Positions 12,601 through 26,044 of a DNA stretch of 64,000 nt are shown one piece after another. Source of the stretch: Phaeosaccion multiseriatum. Its lineage: Eukaryota; Protista; Ochrophyta, other classes. Both the position numbers and the translations under genes were made by a program. The notes beneath the pieces are model-generated. The model did not search any database, had not been told where the DNA came from, and saw only the letters and a list, made by a program, of their open reading frames with translations. The stretch covers positions 4,402,001-4,466,000 of the forward strand of contig OZ218950.1 in the NCBI GenBank assembly GCA_965112735.1, given 5' to 3'. The stretch's first letter is position 1; every line of letters begins with the position of its first letter.

Positions 12601-13175
12601 CACCCCACAGGCTCGGGCAGACAAGACGAAGAAGGCGTGTGTTTCCGTGTTCGTGGCATCCATCGGCAGCAACCTCCTTGTGCACCGCATGAGCACGGCG
12701 AGGGCGCTGTGGGACGCCAACTTCTCTGCAGAGTACATGTCTGCCTCCAAGCCCACACTCGTGAAACAGGTGAGTGAGAAGCAAGCAGCAGCAGAACCTG
12801 AGGACTATGTACTGTTTTGGAGTCGGGGCTTTTCAGAGTACAAGTTGCTTGTTTTACGTACTTTGCCCTGCGTAACACTTTTGGGGTTTTAGTATTTGTA
12901 TTTTGCTGTTGTTGCGGTTGTGTCATGTTTGCTGTTCATTGTTGTCGTTGTCGTTCATATCCCTTCCTTCTTGTTCACAGATGGACTACGTGCTGGAGAA
13001 GGGCATCCCCTTTATGGTCATCGTGGGGGAGGACGAGCTTGCCAAGGGGGTGGTGAAGGTCAAGCACATGGAGCAGCGGCTGGAGGAGGAGGTGCCCCTC
13101 GCCGACGGGGCAAAGGCAGTGGTGGAGCTGCTGAGGAGTTGGGGGTGTAAAACGGTGCTGGAAGTTGACGAGTAG
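6617..13175 (+). CDS. HARS: Histidyl-tRNA synthetase (cytosolic type) with an N-terminal HAL/PAL-like domain, ~1,023 aa, 16 exons
   Basis: Exons 6617-6822, 7062-7212, 7430-7855, 8106-8454, 8580-8851, 9186-9359, 9604-9792, 10008-10056, 10235-10445, 10735-10831, 11102-11239, 11457-11653, 11918-12053, 12256-12378, 12611-12769, 12981-13175 (3,072 nt). HisRS motifs [70 protein letters not shown], and anticodon domain [13 protein letters not shown]. Confidence 0.95.
10649..10716. repeat. ~20-bp tandem repeat (CCTGACACCCTCCCCTCTGT) in HisRS intron 9
   Basis: Two full and two partial copies visible. Confidence 0.8.
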
Positions 13176-13540
13176 AGTACGAGTGGAGTGCAGTACAGAG
13201 CGGGAAAGTAGCTGAATGGTAGTGATGGATGCTACTGCTGTTTAGTTCAGGCGCGGAGAGGGGGAGGGGCCGGATGTAGGCAGGGTTCCGTCGGCGAGAA
13301 GTGAATGCAGTGCAGAGGGCAGGGCAACAAAGACAGCAGCAGCCGCAGCAGCAGGAGGAGAAAGAGGAGGTGTGGGGCCCGTGCGCTGGGCGCGCTCTTG
13401 TTCTGAGAGGAGGAGGGAGAGGCAATACACTCGTAGAGTCCAAGAAGGAAGGAAGGAAGGAAATAAGCGTATGAAATCACAAATGGCATCCGTACCATCA
13501 ACATGTCAGCATGCGCGGTTAACACCTGTGTGGAGCTTTC

Positions 13541-15174
13541 ATGGCCGGTCCTTTGGTAGGGTTGCTCCTTTGGGCTTTCCTCTTCCCCTCAGTCCTCGCG
13601 TTTCCCTTGGGAGGGAGTATCTTTCCTCTCTCCGGCGAGTCGCCCCCTTGGTGGAAGGTAAGCGGCAGGGCGAGGGGAATTTGCTGGCCCGCCCGGCTCT
13701 GCCTTTTGTGGATTAAGTGGCTGATTTCTTTCCTCTTTTCCAACCCCATCGCCACTGATCGCCACTGATCGCCACTGATATTCTGTGCGAAGGTGAAGGA
13801 AGTTCGCTTCGAGTGCACGGCCTGCGGCAAGTGCTGCCTCACCAAGGGAGACGTCATGCTCAATCCACAGGAATTGAGCTCGGCAGCGGGTCACAAGGGA
13901 GTGTCTATTAAGGACTTTACTACTGCATATGGAAAGGGTCCGGCTATTGAGGTGAGGGGAGGCAGCAGTAAGCTCCAAATCTTTTGCTGTATTCACGTAG
14001 GGAACACTACGGTGACTCGACCATGACAGAAGCTGTTTGTTGACGCTGGCTTCTCACGACCTCTCTCGTGCCTGCATACAGGGCTGGGTGACTCTCAAGG
14101 ACCGGGCTCTACCATCGGGGATGCGGGGTTGCGTGCTGTTGGAGGACGACGAGAAGTCGTGTTCCATCTACGAGGCAAGGTACGCCATTAAGTCCAGAAG
14201 TGGTATAGAAGGACGAGCGGGAAGGTGCACCGGCATACAAAGAAGGAGAGGATGAGTAGGGCTGCATTCTCGATCCCTCTACTTTCCCTTCTACTTCCTT
14301 CTGCTGTTCTACTTCCCTCTCTTTCTTTCACTCTCTCTCTCTCGCATTCTCTCTCCCTCCCTCTCTAACTCTGCTGCTCTTGTCTACCCTTACACAGACC
14401 CACTCAGTGCAGCACATACCCCTGGTGGCCAGACCCGCTCAAGTCACCAGCATCATGGGAGAGAGAGAGTGCCTTGGCTGAGGACGCGGACGGCCCCGGT
14501 AGGAGGTGGAGCCCCGAGTTGGGCGGCTGCGAGGGCATCAGTGCAAGCGCCCCCGCTGTGGAGGTAAGGAGGAGGTAGCGCGCTGCTATCCTCTGTCCGT
14601 GCATCCTTTGGGTGTGACCAGCCTGGAGCCCGCCCTGTCTCTCCTGCTCCTGCCCGATCCCCATCCTTTAGTGCCTGTGCTGCTCCTGTACCGCTGTCCT
14701 CCACCCCTCTGACTGATCCTCTGCTGGGTTTCGGTATGTCCTCCTCTCGTCAGGTCGCAGGCATTGAGCTCAACCTGGAAATGTACCAAGCGTATAGGAG
14801 GAGGTGAGTGATTGAGTGAGTATGGTAGCGAGTGAGTGAGTGAAGGAGTGATTAAGCTTCTGCCTACAGCCCCTCCAACTCTCATAAGAACGAATTCTCC
14901 TACATCTCTCACAACGGTTCCAACTGCTGTGCACGCCCACCCGCCTTGCACAGAGTACCGCCAGCCGCGATTGGGGCGTATGAGCAACAAGAGTGCTGGG
15001 ATATCATGCCACCGACGGACCCAAGGGACGGAGATGTGGAGTGAGCTGAGTGCGGGCAGGCTCCTTCCGCTATCTTAACGACAAGGGCCGCCTGTAGCGA
15101 GGCAGCCCTTCAACAGCCTCAGGTCGAATGACGACTTCGGCCTCCCCGCAAAACTCTTTCGTGGCCCGCCCTGA
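13541..15174 (+). CDS. YkgJ-family (CxxCxxCC) cysteine-cluster Zn/Fe-S protein with an N-terminal signal peptide; last exon tentative
   Basis: Exons 13541-13657, 13793-13951, 14082-14179, 14398-14563, 14754-14803, and tentatively 15117-15174. Motifs RFECTACGKCC, GCVLLEDDEKSCSIYEARPTQCSTYPWWP, CEGI are diagnostic of the family. Confidence 0.85.
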
Positions 15175-15878
15175 AATCGACAGGTCTGTTGCCTCGCCTC
15201 GGCTTTAATCATGGGGACGGTTTGTCTCCTTGTCAGGAGGGGCAAGCAATGCCGAAGCTAAGGAATGCCGGGCAAAGACCCACGGAATGCACCCCGCCCG
15301 CTTCTCATCTCGCCTCGGCTACGCCTCAGGACCACTCACTCCCTGCCCACATGCCGAAGCGGTGTGCCCTGTGAGTCGAGGATGCACTACTCCATGGCGT
15401 ACTTTTGCCTTTCAGCCCTGGGCCTGCGGCTTTCGGACTCATCTGGGCGCTGTGCACACTTGGTGTCGCCGCTGTCCGCAAGAACTTGGAGCGAGGTACT
15501 GTAGCCGAGGCCGCCTACAGCAGAGAGGCAAACAGAGGCACACACCAAGTCTTATAGGGACAGGCGCAAGCCTCTGTGCAGGCTGCTGCAGGCTCTGACC
15601 GAGTGGCGCCAGAGGTGCTGTGGAGAGGGTTAGCGAGCGAGCGGGGCTTCTGCTTCGCGTCTCAAGAGATCGGTCAGATAGAGGGAGGGTGCAGACCAGC
15701 CAAGTCCCCACAGTAGTAGCAGGCAGAAGGGAGAGGACCGACAACGACTTTGGGGACACACCCCCCGCGGTTAAATGTTATTACATAAATGTAGTTTATC
15801 GTATGTACAAGAACAAAAAAAAGAGGATCGGAATACGGTAAGAAATCCTATCGCGTCTTGTCCCTCCTCTTGTGCGAC

Positions 15879-17486
15879 TTATTTACCCTTACTACCGGTC
15901 AATCGCTCGACTTCCGCTGTCAGCTCTGCGATACGCTTGTCTCTCGTCTGCCGTGACGGGAGAGGGGGGGGGGCGACCAGAGCAGAGCAAAGCAAGGCGG
16001 AGCAAAGAGGAGAGCAGCGCGGCAGAGAGAGCCAAAAAGCGTGAGAAAAGGCGAGGCGAAGAAAGGGGGAGAGCCTCAGCATCATGGACTCAACAAGGGA
16101 AGTCAGCGAGTAAGAGCCTTGAGTCTACACATACTTGGAGCGGAAACCCATATCCGCAGAAACGGGAGAAACAAGGGCATGTTCAGCGGCGCACACACAG
16201 GCATAAATTGGTTGAGCTTCCCACAACAGTCGGCTCAGCTTCTCATAACACTGGAACCACCCACCCTCCCTCCCTCCCTCCCTCCTGCCTCCCTCCGTAC
16301 AACCACCGTCCCACCCTAAACACACAACACCCGTGCCTACCTCGACTTGGTCCACCGCCAATTGCGCTATTTGATACCCAGCTTGGTACGCCTCCTTTAG
16401 ACTGCCCTTGTTCCGTGCAGCATTCAGATCCGCCTTTAGCTTATCCAATTCGGTGGTGAAGTCCTCTGCCGCCCCTGCCCCCCCCCCTGCTCCCTCTCCT
16501 CTTCCTGCTGCTGCTGCTGCTGCTGCTGCGGGCACACCAGCTGCTTCATCTGCGTCGGGCTCGCTATCACTACTGCTGTCATCACTACTGTCACTGCTGT
16601 CACTATCATCGCCACTGCTGAGGGCGTTTAACGCCTCCCGGAGTTTGTTTGTACTCCACTTGCTCTTGGCTGGTCGAGCTGGTGGAGCGGCCGGCATCTT
16701 CTTATCACCACTTGCCGCTTGACCATCACTCTTTGTTGGCTTTGCCGTCTTCCCACCACTCCCCTTCTTCGCCGCTCCTTTTGCTGCCTTTTCCGTACCT
16801 CCTGCCGCTGCTTTTGCCGCTTCTTTTGCCGCTGCCTTCGCTGCCTTCTCTGCCGCAACGGCCTTGGCACTCTTTAGCTTTGCAAAGGCGGCCGCGTCCT
16901 GCAGCTTGTAAGAAAAGCGACAAAAGCCTTCAAAGCCGGGAGGGAGCTCGGCGTGGTCCAGAGAGAAAATGCCCATGAGCACGGCATAGCAAAACTCGGG
17001 GAAGCCCACTGGCAGCCCCGGAATTGTGCTCTTACAGCCCAAGGCCCTCTTCATCGCCGCAGGTTGGCCCTCGTAGAACTGCACGAAAATCGGCGGCACG
17101 GGAATGAAGCCATCGATAGACTCCCACGCCTCTGCGAGGGGCTTGAAGGTCGACATGTCCTTTTGGGCCTTGGCATCAAGCACAAATTTGGCAGCATCCT
17201 CGTCCACTTCTGCTACCTTTTTCTTCACCGCTGCTGCTACTTTGGGGGCAACAGCTTCGGTATCGCTGTCGCTATCGGAGACATTGCTCAGCGGTGGCGG
17301 CTCCTCGTCACTATCCTCCTCTCCCTCCCCACTGTCTGATGTTAGGTCAGGCATGCCGTCACTGTCACTCTCCAAGCCAGGCGGTCCGTCGCTTTCGTCA
17401 TCCTCAGGAGGTGGGGGAGAGGCAGGAGCAGCAGTCGCAGTAGCAACCTTCTTCTTGGCCTTGCGGGCCCTGCTTGTTGTGGTCAT
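15879..17486 (-). CDS. Hypothetical protein (~404 aa): acidic and Lys/Ala low-complexity segments, C-terminal coiled coil
   Basis: Exon 17486-16341 (donor GAG|GTAGGC) joins exon 15947-15879 in phase. One apparently globular segment (FKPLAEAW...FSYKLQ). No family recognised; the start may lie further upstream. Confidence 0.6.
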
Positions 17487-18010
17487 CGGGTAGTGAGAGG
17501 GAGCGGTGAGGACAATACAGAGTGGTCAACACTCAGCAAGCCAGCCGGAAGAACGAGGAGGCTCTCGATGGTGGATATAGAGGCCAGTTTGATCAGAAGC
17601 GAGGAAGGCCAAGGTCCAGAGCGACGGAGAGAGGAGGAATAAAATAAACGGGTATGGAGGGATGTGCTCCCGCCTCTCCATTTACACTTACTTTCTTGGC
17701 ATTTTGATTGATGTGCAGAGCTCAGAGGAGACTGTACTACTAGCTGTACCTCCTGCTGTTGCTCGTAGCGTTCTCTTTGTTAGCAGTTCCCAAACAAAAA
17801 AAAGGGAAGGAAAATATGAAAGGAGGGTTTCCGGGTCGGGGTGGTTCTACCCTTCCGGGCGGTTGGGATTGGGATCCGGTTGGGTTTGATGTGGGTTTGG
17901 GTCGGGATTGCCCCCCATCAGCCTTCTTTTCTCCCACCATGCTGCATCTAGGAGCTGAATAGTAGCCGCAGAGAGAGGGGGTGGACAAGGTGGAGAATCA
18001 CCAACAGGAG

Positions 18011-21000
18011 ATGAACGGGAGGGTGCATCTCCGGTCCGTGCAGCTGAGCACTTCCAAAGCCGGAGCGTACTTGCAGCTCGGGGAAGGATGCGATTGCAGA
18101 TTGTCCTTTGGAAGTCACGAGGGGGTAGTCCGACTCACGCAAGGGCACGAGCAGCACCACCCCTCGCCGACCGCTCGAAGAGGAGAGCGAAGTACTGCTT
18201 TGGCGGAGACTGCTCTGTGGGCAGCGCCAGCAAAGAGCGCAAACTGGAGTGGGGGGTGTGACTGCTTGCTGACCTTCTCCATTGGCCCCTCAGAGCTGGA
18301 GTCGAGCCTTCGCCTTGTCGCAGAGATACAGGTGGAGCGGCTCAAGCCTGTGAATGAAGACCGCCCGGAAGACGGCGAGAGCGAAGGTTCGATAACGCCA
18401 ACGCGTCGCTTTAACGACGATGGAGACGAGGTGGAAGTAGAGCTGCTGTCGGGGATTGTGCCTGTCCGGCCCCTCCTCATGTCCACAGGCAGGGCCATGG
18501 TGCATCTGATGAGCGACCGCAGTGAGAGGAAAGTCGGAACCCTCACCCTCTCCCTCAGCTTCGAGGCTTTTGCTACGGATCCGAGGACCAGGAGACTCAC
18601 TCGGTCTGCTCTTTACAATGGTCAACAGCAGCAGCAGCTCTCCCCAAGGGATGCCCTCCTTACTATGACGCAGGGGAGAGGGAGCAGCACTACTCTCGTA
18701 GACGAGGCGACCAGAGCCCAGCTGGAAGACGAGAAGAATGAGCAGCTGTACCAGGCGTGGCAGGAGGGAGACGACACCTCCCAGCTCACCCCGGCGCTCT
18801 GGACAGTGTTGAAGCAGAATTGGGCAGGAAGGATACATGTGGTGGGGGTGGAGGTCCGAGATATGCAGACCAGCTCTCGGCGGTTCCACCGTCATCGGGA
18901 CGACAGTGGCCTTAGCGTCAAGTTGACTTGCGGCTGGGAAGCGATTCACACGCCCCTCTACGACCTCTGCAATCTCGAGGAGCGAGGCACGAGCCTGATG
19001 CTTGGGGTCAATGAGGCCATCATTCGGGAAGGCTTGGTCGTGGAGTTGTGGGGGAATCACACAGTGCGTCAACCGCAGCAGCAGGACCAAGACGAGGCAC
19101 CACCCGCTGAGAAAGGGCAGGGTCAGGGTCAGGGTCAGAGTCAAGATCATCCACACAAGGAGAGATTTCTCGTGGGAATTGGCACCATGTCTCTGTGGGG
19201 GCTGCTGGAGTACCCGGGAAAGGTGGTGTCCGTAAAGGCGGCCATCGGGAAGAAGGGTCGCTTCTCCTGCGGCATAATCGTTCGGGCCAAGGTGGTGGGC
19301 TTTGGGCTGGATGCGGAGTACCTCACGAGGGGCGGAGAGGAGGAGGAGGAGGAGGAGGTGGTGGGGGCGGTGGAAGAGGAGGAGGAGAAGGAGGGCGAGG
19401 CGGTGGAGGAGGAGCTTGAGGAGGAGGAGGTGCAGCCTGAGGACCCACCAGAGGAGGAGGAGCAGGAGGAGGAGGAGGAGAAAGAGGAGGAGCAGGAAGA
19501 AGAGGAGGAGGAAGAAGTGGAGGAAGATCCGGGCCCCCCTCCCATCCCCCTATTTTCCTGCGACCTCTTGCTCACCTACGCGCGACTGGACTTTGACAAG
19601 AACGTTTTGAAAGCGCTGAGAACGAGTCCGTACCTGTATGCAAAGGTCGCCTTCAGCGGAGGGGATTACCTGGACAACAACAACAACAACAGCAACGACA
19701 GCAACAACGGCAGCGATGCGAGGGAGGAGGGGAATGAGGAGGGAAGGGGGGAGGGGTCGGTCGTGCGTACAGAGTTCCTGGAGCCGACCGCGAGGAAAGG
19801 GCTCAAGTACCAAAGGTGGAGGAGGGACAAGGCGTGGAGGCGAGGGAAGAAGAGGAGGGAAACAGACGGGGAAGAGGAGCGTGATTCTGACGACGATGAG
19901 GATGAAGAGGAGGAGCCGGGGGGGTTCAGAGAAGAGCATGTACTGACATGTACTGCCCCAATGATCGACCACGACGCCACTGCCGCCGCTGCTGCTGCTG
20001 CCGCCGCTGCTGCTGCCTCTGCTGCCACTGCCGCGCAGCTTCTTCGAGAGGCGGAGGCGGAGGCGGAGATGAAGGAGGTGAAGGAAGTGAAGGAGGTGAA
20101 GGAGGTGAAGGAGGTGAAGGAGGTGAAGGAGGAGAAGAGGGAAGCTCAGAGATCCGATGAGGAACGTGCGGGGGACGGGGGTAGAGACGGGGAGAGAGAT
20201 TCCGAAGGGGACAAAAAGGCCCTGGGCGTAGGCGAGGTAGGGCATGGTGACCAAGGCGGAGATGGCAGTGATGTGGGGTTGGGAGAGAGAGTGGCGCCTC
20301 AGACCATCACCACCTCATTACCGCCCATTGGCATGGTGCTGCCTCTGACTGCTGCTGCGGCGGCGAAGGGCAGCTCCATCGTGACTGTGCAAGCGTCGGT
20401 GCTCACGTACCGCCTTCACAAGGACGACGCTGAGCTCTTCTCGGGGCCTGCCATTCTCACATTGCCCTGGGCCCCTGGAGGGGAGGGAGGAGGAGGAGGA
20501 GGAGGAGGAGGAGGGGGAGGAGGAGATGGTTGTAGTGGTGGGAGGGGTGGGCGTATGCAGGTGTCAGTTCCCGTGACGGGGAAGGGTACGGGTGGGCAGG
20601 AGATATCTGGAACTCTCTTGCTGCGCTTCCGATGGGGCACGGAAGAGATGCAAGACGCCGCCTCTGTTGCCTCGACGGACGGGCCGCAACAAGTGGACCT
20701 CATTGAACCCATTGGTGAGTGAATCACCCACACACTCACTCACTCACTCACTCACTCACTCACTCACTCACTCACTTACTTATCTCTCGGGAAAGGTTAT
20801 CTGGTTACTGATTACGGCCGGCGCCAGCCGGCCTGATTACTGATTATGGCGCCAGCCGGGCCTGATTACTGTTTATGACCGGGGCCAGCCGGCCTGATTA
20901 CTGATTATGGCCGGCGCACACTGTAACCTTGTCCAGCCCCGATTACTCACTCACTCACTCACTCACTCACTTATTTCCTCACGCATTCACTTCCATTCAT

Positions 21001-21215
21001 TGCCGTCCGCTCCAGTGCCCCTCGTGGAGCGAAAGTCGCCCTTCCCTAAGGCGTTTCTGCGAGAGCTTGCCATGGTGCTCAACGACCCTGCTGCTTCATC
21101 ACCAACTGCTGATGGTGATGACCACAGAGGGGCGCTGCTGTTGCCCGCCACCAAAGACCGCAGCGAAGGCAGCCTCGACAGGAGGAGGAGTGTATTGGGG
21201 CTTCTTTGTCGACTG

Positions 21216-21272
<57 letters not shown>

Positions 21273-24200
21273 TGTGCGTGTGCGTTTATATGAGCGTGCG
21301 AGTACTCGTGTCCATGTTCCCGCTCGTGTATAGACGCAGCGGTACATCTGGACACCCCCTTTCAAGTGCAAGAGCCAAGAAGGGGCGTCACTAACCGCTA
21401 TAATTCTTTCGATACCCAATTTCCCTCCCGCTTCTCTCCTCTGCTCTTCCCCGCATGCATCACCACACGACACAACACAACAGATGTCACACGACCCCCA
21501 ACAGGCGAATGATCAACACGCCAACTTGGTGCAAAGAGCGGTAGCCAAGCTACTGAAGCGTGGCGTGCTTCTGTGGCATCTACGGCACGAGGACGGACTG
21601 GTGCGACGCATGGCGGTGAAGCTACTGCTGCTCCTCGCACAGAGCAACGAGGGCTTCCAAAAAGAGGCGATGAAGGAGGTACGACAACCTCTCTGCATTT
21701 GCAAGATGGCGATCTAAAATTTACCTCTCTCCCCCCTCTTTTCCCTCCCTCTCACACACTCTTATCTCATTTCTGCGCTCTCCCTCTCAGCTCGGGGGCT
21801 TTCGCTTCAAAGACTGGTGGGTCTTCAGCACCCCTCCCAGCTTGAGGATGCAGTTTGAAGCGCTCCAGCAACTTAAGACCTGCCTCTTCGACATTGCGCT
21901 CACACCCATGGATGGGGAGGACGACTTTCCACCACCTGACCAGCAGCAGCAGAACGGGCAACAGAGCAGTAAGCACCCCCACCAGCCTCCGAGTCATGAG
22001 TCTCGAAGAGTCATAGAGGGAGTGGCGTATTCTCGGTTGAGTCTTGTGGCCGGCCGCGGCGGAAGGACGAAGGGCCTCAAGGCGGAGGTGGTGGGGGGAG
22101 CGGGGGGGGGGGTATGTTTCTTCAAGGAGGGTAGTCGGGTGGTGGTACTCCCTGCCACAAGAGGGGCGGGGATCACAGATGGGTCCAATAAGAAGGGAGG
22201 GATGGGGGGATTTAAAGGACCCCATCAGCGGCAAAAGGAGCAAATGGAGCTTAAAGAGCGAAAGGGACAGGATCCCGGGGGGCGGGCAAGGCCACTGATG
22301 GGCGTCGTCGTCGGGATACGGTCAGGGAGGGAGGGGGGGGGGGCGGGGGGGCTATCGGGCGGATCAGCTAGAGGGAGGGATGGAGGAGGAGGAGATGGAG
22401 GAAAAGGAGGCGGAGGTGGAGGAGGGGTGACAGAGTACAACACGAGATGCTACGCCTTGCTCGTTCATCAGGCAGAGGAGTACGACTGCTCTCTCTCTCT
22501 GCGGCGAGTAGGAGGAGGAGATGGAGGAGGAGGGGGGGAAGGAGGAGGAGTCAGCGAGGAGGGGGAAGATGGTGACCACAACAACGACATCAGCAAACGC
22601 GGTGGAAAGACGACATCGACATCATCGACGTCCCCAATGCTGCTGTGCTGGCCGCCTTGCCCGGTAGCGCCCTCTACCACCGCCGACCGAGAAAGGCAGC
22701 AGCAGCAGCGGCAGCAGCAGCAGCGGCAGCAGCAGCAGCAGAGGGGCCGCGCTAGTGTCTCTGGAGGTGGGGGTGGAGGTGGGCTGTCGAGGAAAGGCTC
22801 CGTGAGCTCTTCTGTGCTGAGCTTGGCTTCCGGAGGAGGGGGACTCTCCACTGCACGAGGAGGGGGAGGAGGAGGAGGAGAAGGAGGAGGAGGAGGAGGA
22901 GGGTCCGATGATGAAGAGGGTGGAGCAGACGACCCCTTCGACAACGTTCCGGACACCCTGGAGTAAGTGCGTGTGTGCGTACGTGCAGTGGTTATTCTTT
23001 ACCCCCCAGTGTGTACTCTCCTTGCTTGTCCATCTGTGCCCAGGTTCTTGTACGCCTCTACGACATCTCTCTAACTCTCTGCTGCTGCTTCTGCTGCTCC
23101 TACTGCTCCTGCTGCTGGTCCTCTGCCTCATCCATGTCCTCCTTCTCCTCCTCCTTCTCCTCCTCCTCCTCCTCCTCCTCCTCCTCCTCCTCCTCCTCCT
23201 CCTCCTCCTCCTCCTCCTCCTCCTCCTCCTCCTCCTCCTCCTCCTCCTCCTCCTCCTCTCATCACAGCCACATCCTTGGCTTCGCGTTGTCCGACAGCCT
23301 GCTCGGCTCCGTGAAAGAGGTGTGCGCGCCCCGAAGCAAGCACTTTACGATTAGTCTCTCCATCTACGACCGCCACTCGCTGCGTCAGGTCAGGCAAAGG
23401 CATATGGGCATCGCCATGGAGAGAGCGCAAGAGGCGGTATCGGCAGCGGCAGAAGGGAGACGGAGGAAGGGGCGAGGCAAAGGGAGGGTGGGGAGCAACA
23501 CTGCGAGGGAGAGTGCCCTTCTGCTGGGCGAGGGGGCGGTGCCAGTCAGAGACGTTGTCAAGGATGCGTGGTGAGTGAGTTGGTGGGTAGGTGAGAGAGC
23601 GAGTGAGAGTGTGAGTGAGTGAGAGAGTACGTGAGTTGGACTTGAATAGGAGAGGAGGGACGGATGGCAGTGAATGACGTCATCGTGTTAGAGCGCAGGG
23701 AAGGACTTGCTTGTGTGTGCGCGTGTACGCATGTACGTGCCTACATCCACAATTGACACTTCTTCACCCCCCCCCTCCCTCTCGCTCTCAATGTGTGCGT
23801 TGTACCTCTCTCTCTCTCTGTCTTTTGTGCGTCATCGAACCTCTCATCCCAACAAGCTTCTCCAAGTGGTGGGGCCGCACATCCTCGGGCCTCCCCTGCT
23901 TCTCTCGGCACCACAACCGCCTCAAAGCCAAGGCACAACGCCCAGGCGCCCTCACCGCCTCGACCCTCGCCGACTCCACCCCTCTCTCCAGCGCCAGAGT
24001 CAGCCACCACAGCTCTTCTTCCTCCAGAGAGAGGATCCGACCACCGCTGCTATACCTGTCGGCCCCCACTGCGGTGCTCTTCGATCTCTTTGTCACGTAC
24101 TTTGTGCGTATGCGCTTTGTGCCTCCGCCGCGCCCCCCCCGCTCTCTCAAGATGCGAGTGTGCATGATGGACCGACAGCCCGCCACGCTGGGTGAGTGAG

Positions 24201-26002
24201 TCGGAGGGAAGGAGGGAGGGAAGACAGAGAGGGAGGGAAGGGAAAGAGGTACAGAAGGGAGAGAGGGAGGGCATGATGGCTCAGACTCTTGTCCAGTGCC
24301 GAATGTTGCTGTTCCACTCCGTATGCGAGCCGTGCGTTGAAACCCTCTCTTCCTGCTCCTCCTCCTCCCCCCCCTCCCATGTATCCCTAGTTAAAGCGCC
24401 CCTGCGGGAGAAGGCACAAGCTCAAGGCGTGGTGAAGGAGCCGACGATGCGTGGGCCTCATGTGGACGCAGGAGTCCCCCAGACCGAGCCGTGGGTCGTA
24501 CAGCAGTTGGTCGCACAGCAGGCTATCGTGAGCATCCACGTTGATGTGAACCCTTCTGCCAAACCAACTGCCCCCACCAGCAAGATAAGCATCGTTGCTG
24601 AGGTGAGGAGCAGCGCCACATCGTCACCTCTTCCTCCTTCTCCACTTGGAACGACGGAACAAGGCAGAGGAGAGGAGGAGAACGGAGGAGGAGAGCGACA
24701 AGAGGGAGGCAGTAATGGACCAATCGCGCAGCAGCAGCAGAAGAACAATCAGCAACAAGAACAAGAACAAGAACAAGAACAAGAAGACTTGTCGATGATG
24801 AGAGTGTTTAGCGGCTCCTTCCGCCCCCAGCAAGTCAGTCAGGCCCTCGGCCGGAGCGTGGACAACAAGCTGGGGCTGTTGCACCTGAGCGAGGAGGACC
24901 TGCTGCTGCTGCTGGGCCGTCTTCAGCTGCAGTCCAAGAGCTCTTCTACCGTGCCCATGCCGCCCATCCCCTCCATGCAAGGAGGAGGGGCGGAGGTGGG
25001 GGATGAAGGACAGGCGGGAGAGCAAAAGTGGCTCATACTGCAGCAGGTGTGTGTGTGTGTATGTGTATATGTGTATATGTGTATATGTGTGTGCGTGTGC
25101 GTGTAGATCCCATCCGATGCATCTGGACGATGTGGAGAGGTCCTGATGTTCGCTATTGTATCAACAACTCCTGACGTATCACCAACGGCTACCCCTGCGT
25201 GGACACCGCTCCCCCATTTGCAGCTGTCAGGCCCGGACAGCACGGCTCCTACCGCAGAGGAGGAGGAACAAGAGGACGGGCCTTTAGACGCAGCCACAGT
25301 AAGCTCATGGAACAGTGTAGCCTACCGCCGCTCCCTCTTGTGGGGGCCGCTCATTCGGCGGATACGCAGGATTCTCTTCGGCGCGCTGCGACGGGTTACC
25401 GCTCTGAGGAGGGGGGATTGCAGTGGATGCAAGGAAGCGCAGTGGTTGGCGACGCAGCGGATCACCATCTTGCAGCTGGCGGTGGGGCGCGTGGTGACCG
25501 AAGGTCAGATGGGAGGGACGGAGGGAAGGAGGGACGGACAGAGGGACGGAGGGACGGAGAGAAGGACGGAGTGATTGGGGCCAGCGAAGGAGGAGGAGGA
25601 GGAGTAGGATAGGACGGGGCATGTCTAGTCTGGGCGGAAGGGACTTTGTCCCTGTCCGTCTATAGCCCATGATCCCCTGCCAACCAATGCTCAAAACACA
25701 CACGCACACTCACACCGCCCCTCTCTTCAATTGCATCGTGTTATTACATGACCTTACGACAGTGAACTTGCACATTCAGCGCCGCAACGCCCTGCGCTAC
25801 TCCAGCATGGTGCGACAAGAGCGCAAAAAGGGCTCTCCGCATGACGTCATAGTTGCTTCTCTGAAAGGGCCATCGGCGCCTGTGCTGGAGTGGGGGGAAG
25901 CGCTTAAGAAGCGCAGAACGGAGGGAGCTGGGGTGACAGTGGATGAGGTAGGCACGGAAAACACAGGCAAGACGGAGGAGATAGACCGGTGGCGCCTGAA
26001 CT

Positions 26003-26044
<42 letters not shown>

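Noticed and set aside
15189-15841. Short ORFs between the YkgJ gene and the orphan gene
   Set aside because: No motifs or convincing splice structure; more likely convergent 3' UTRs.
20801-20917. CRISPR-like array
   Set aside because: The units are contiguous with no unique spacers, there are no cas genes, and it lies in a eukaryotic intron.
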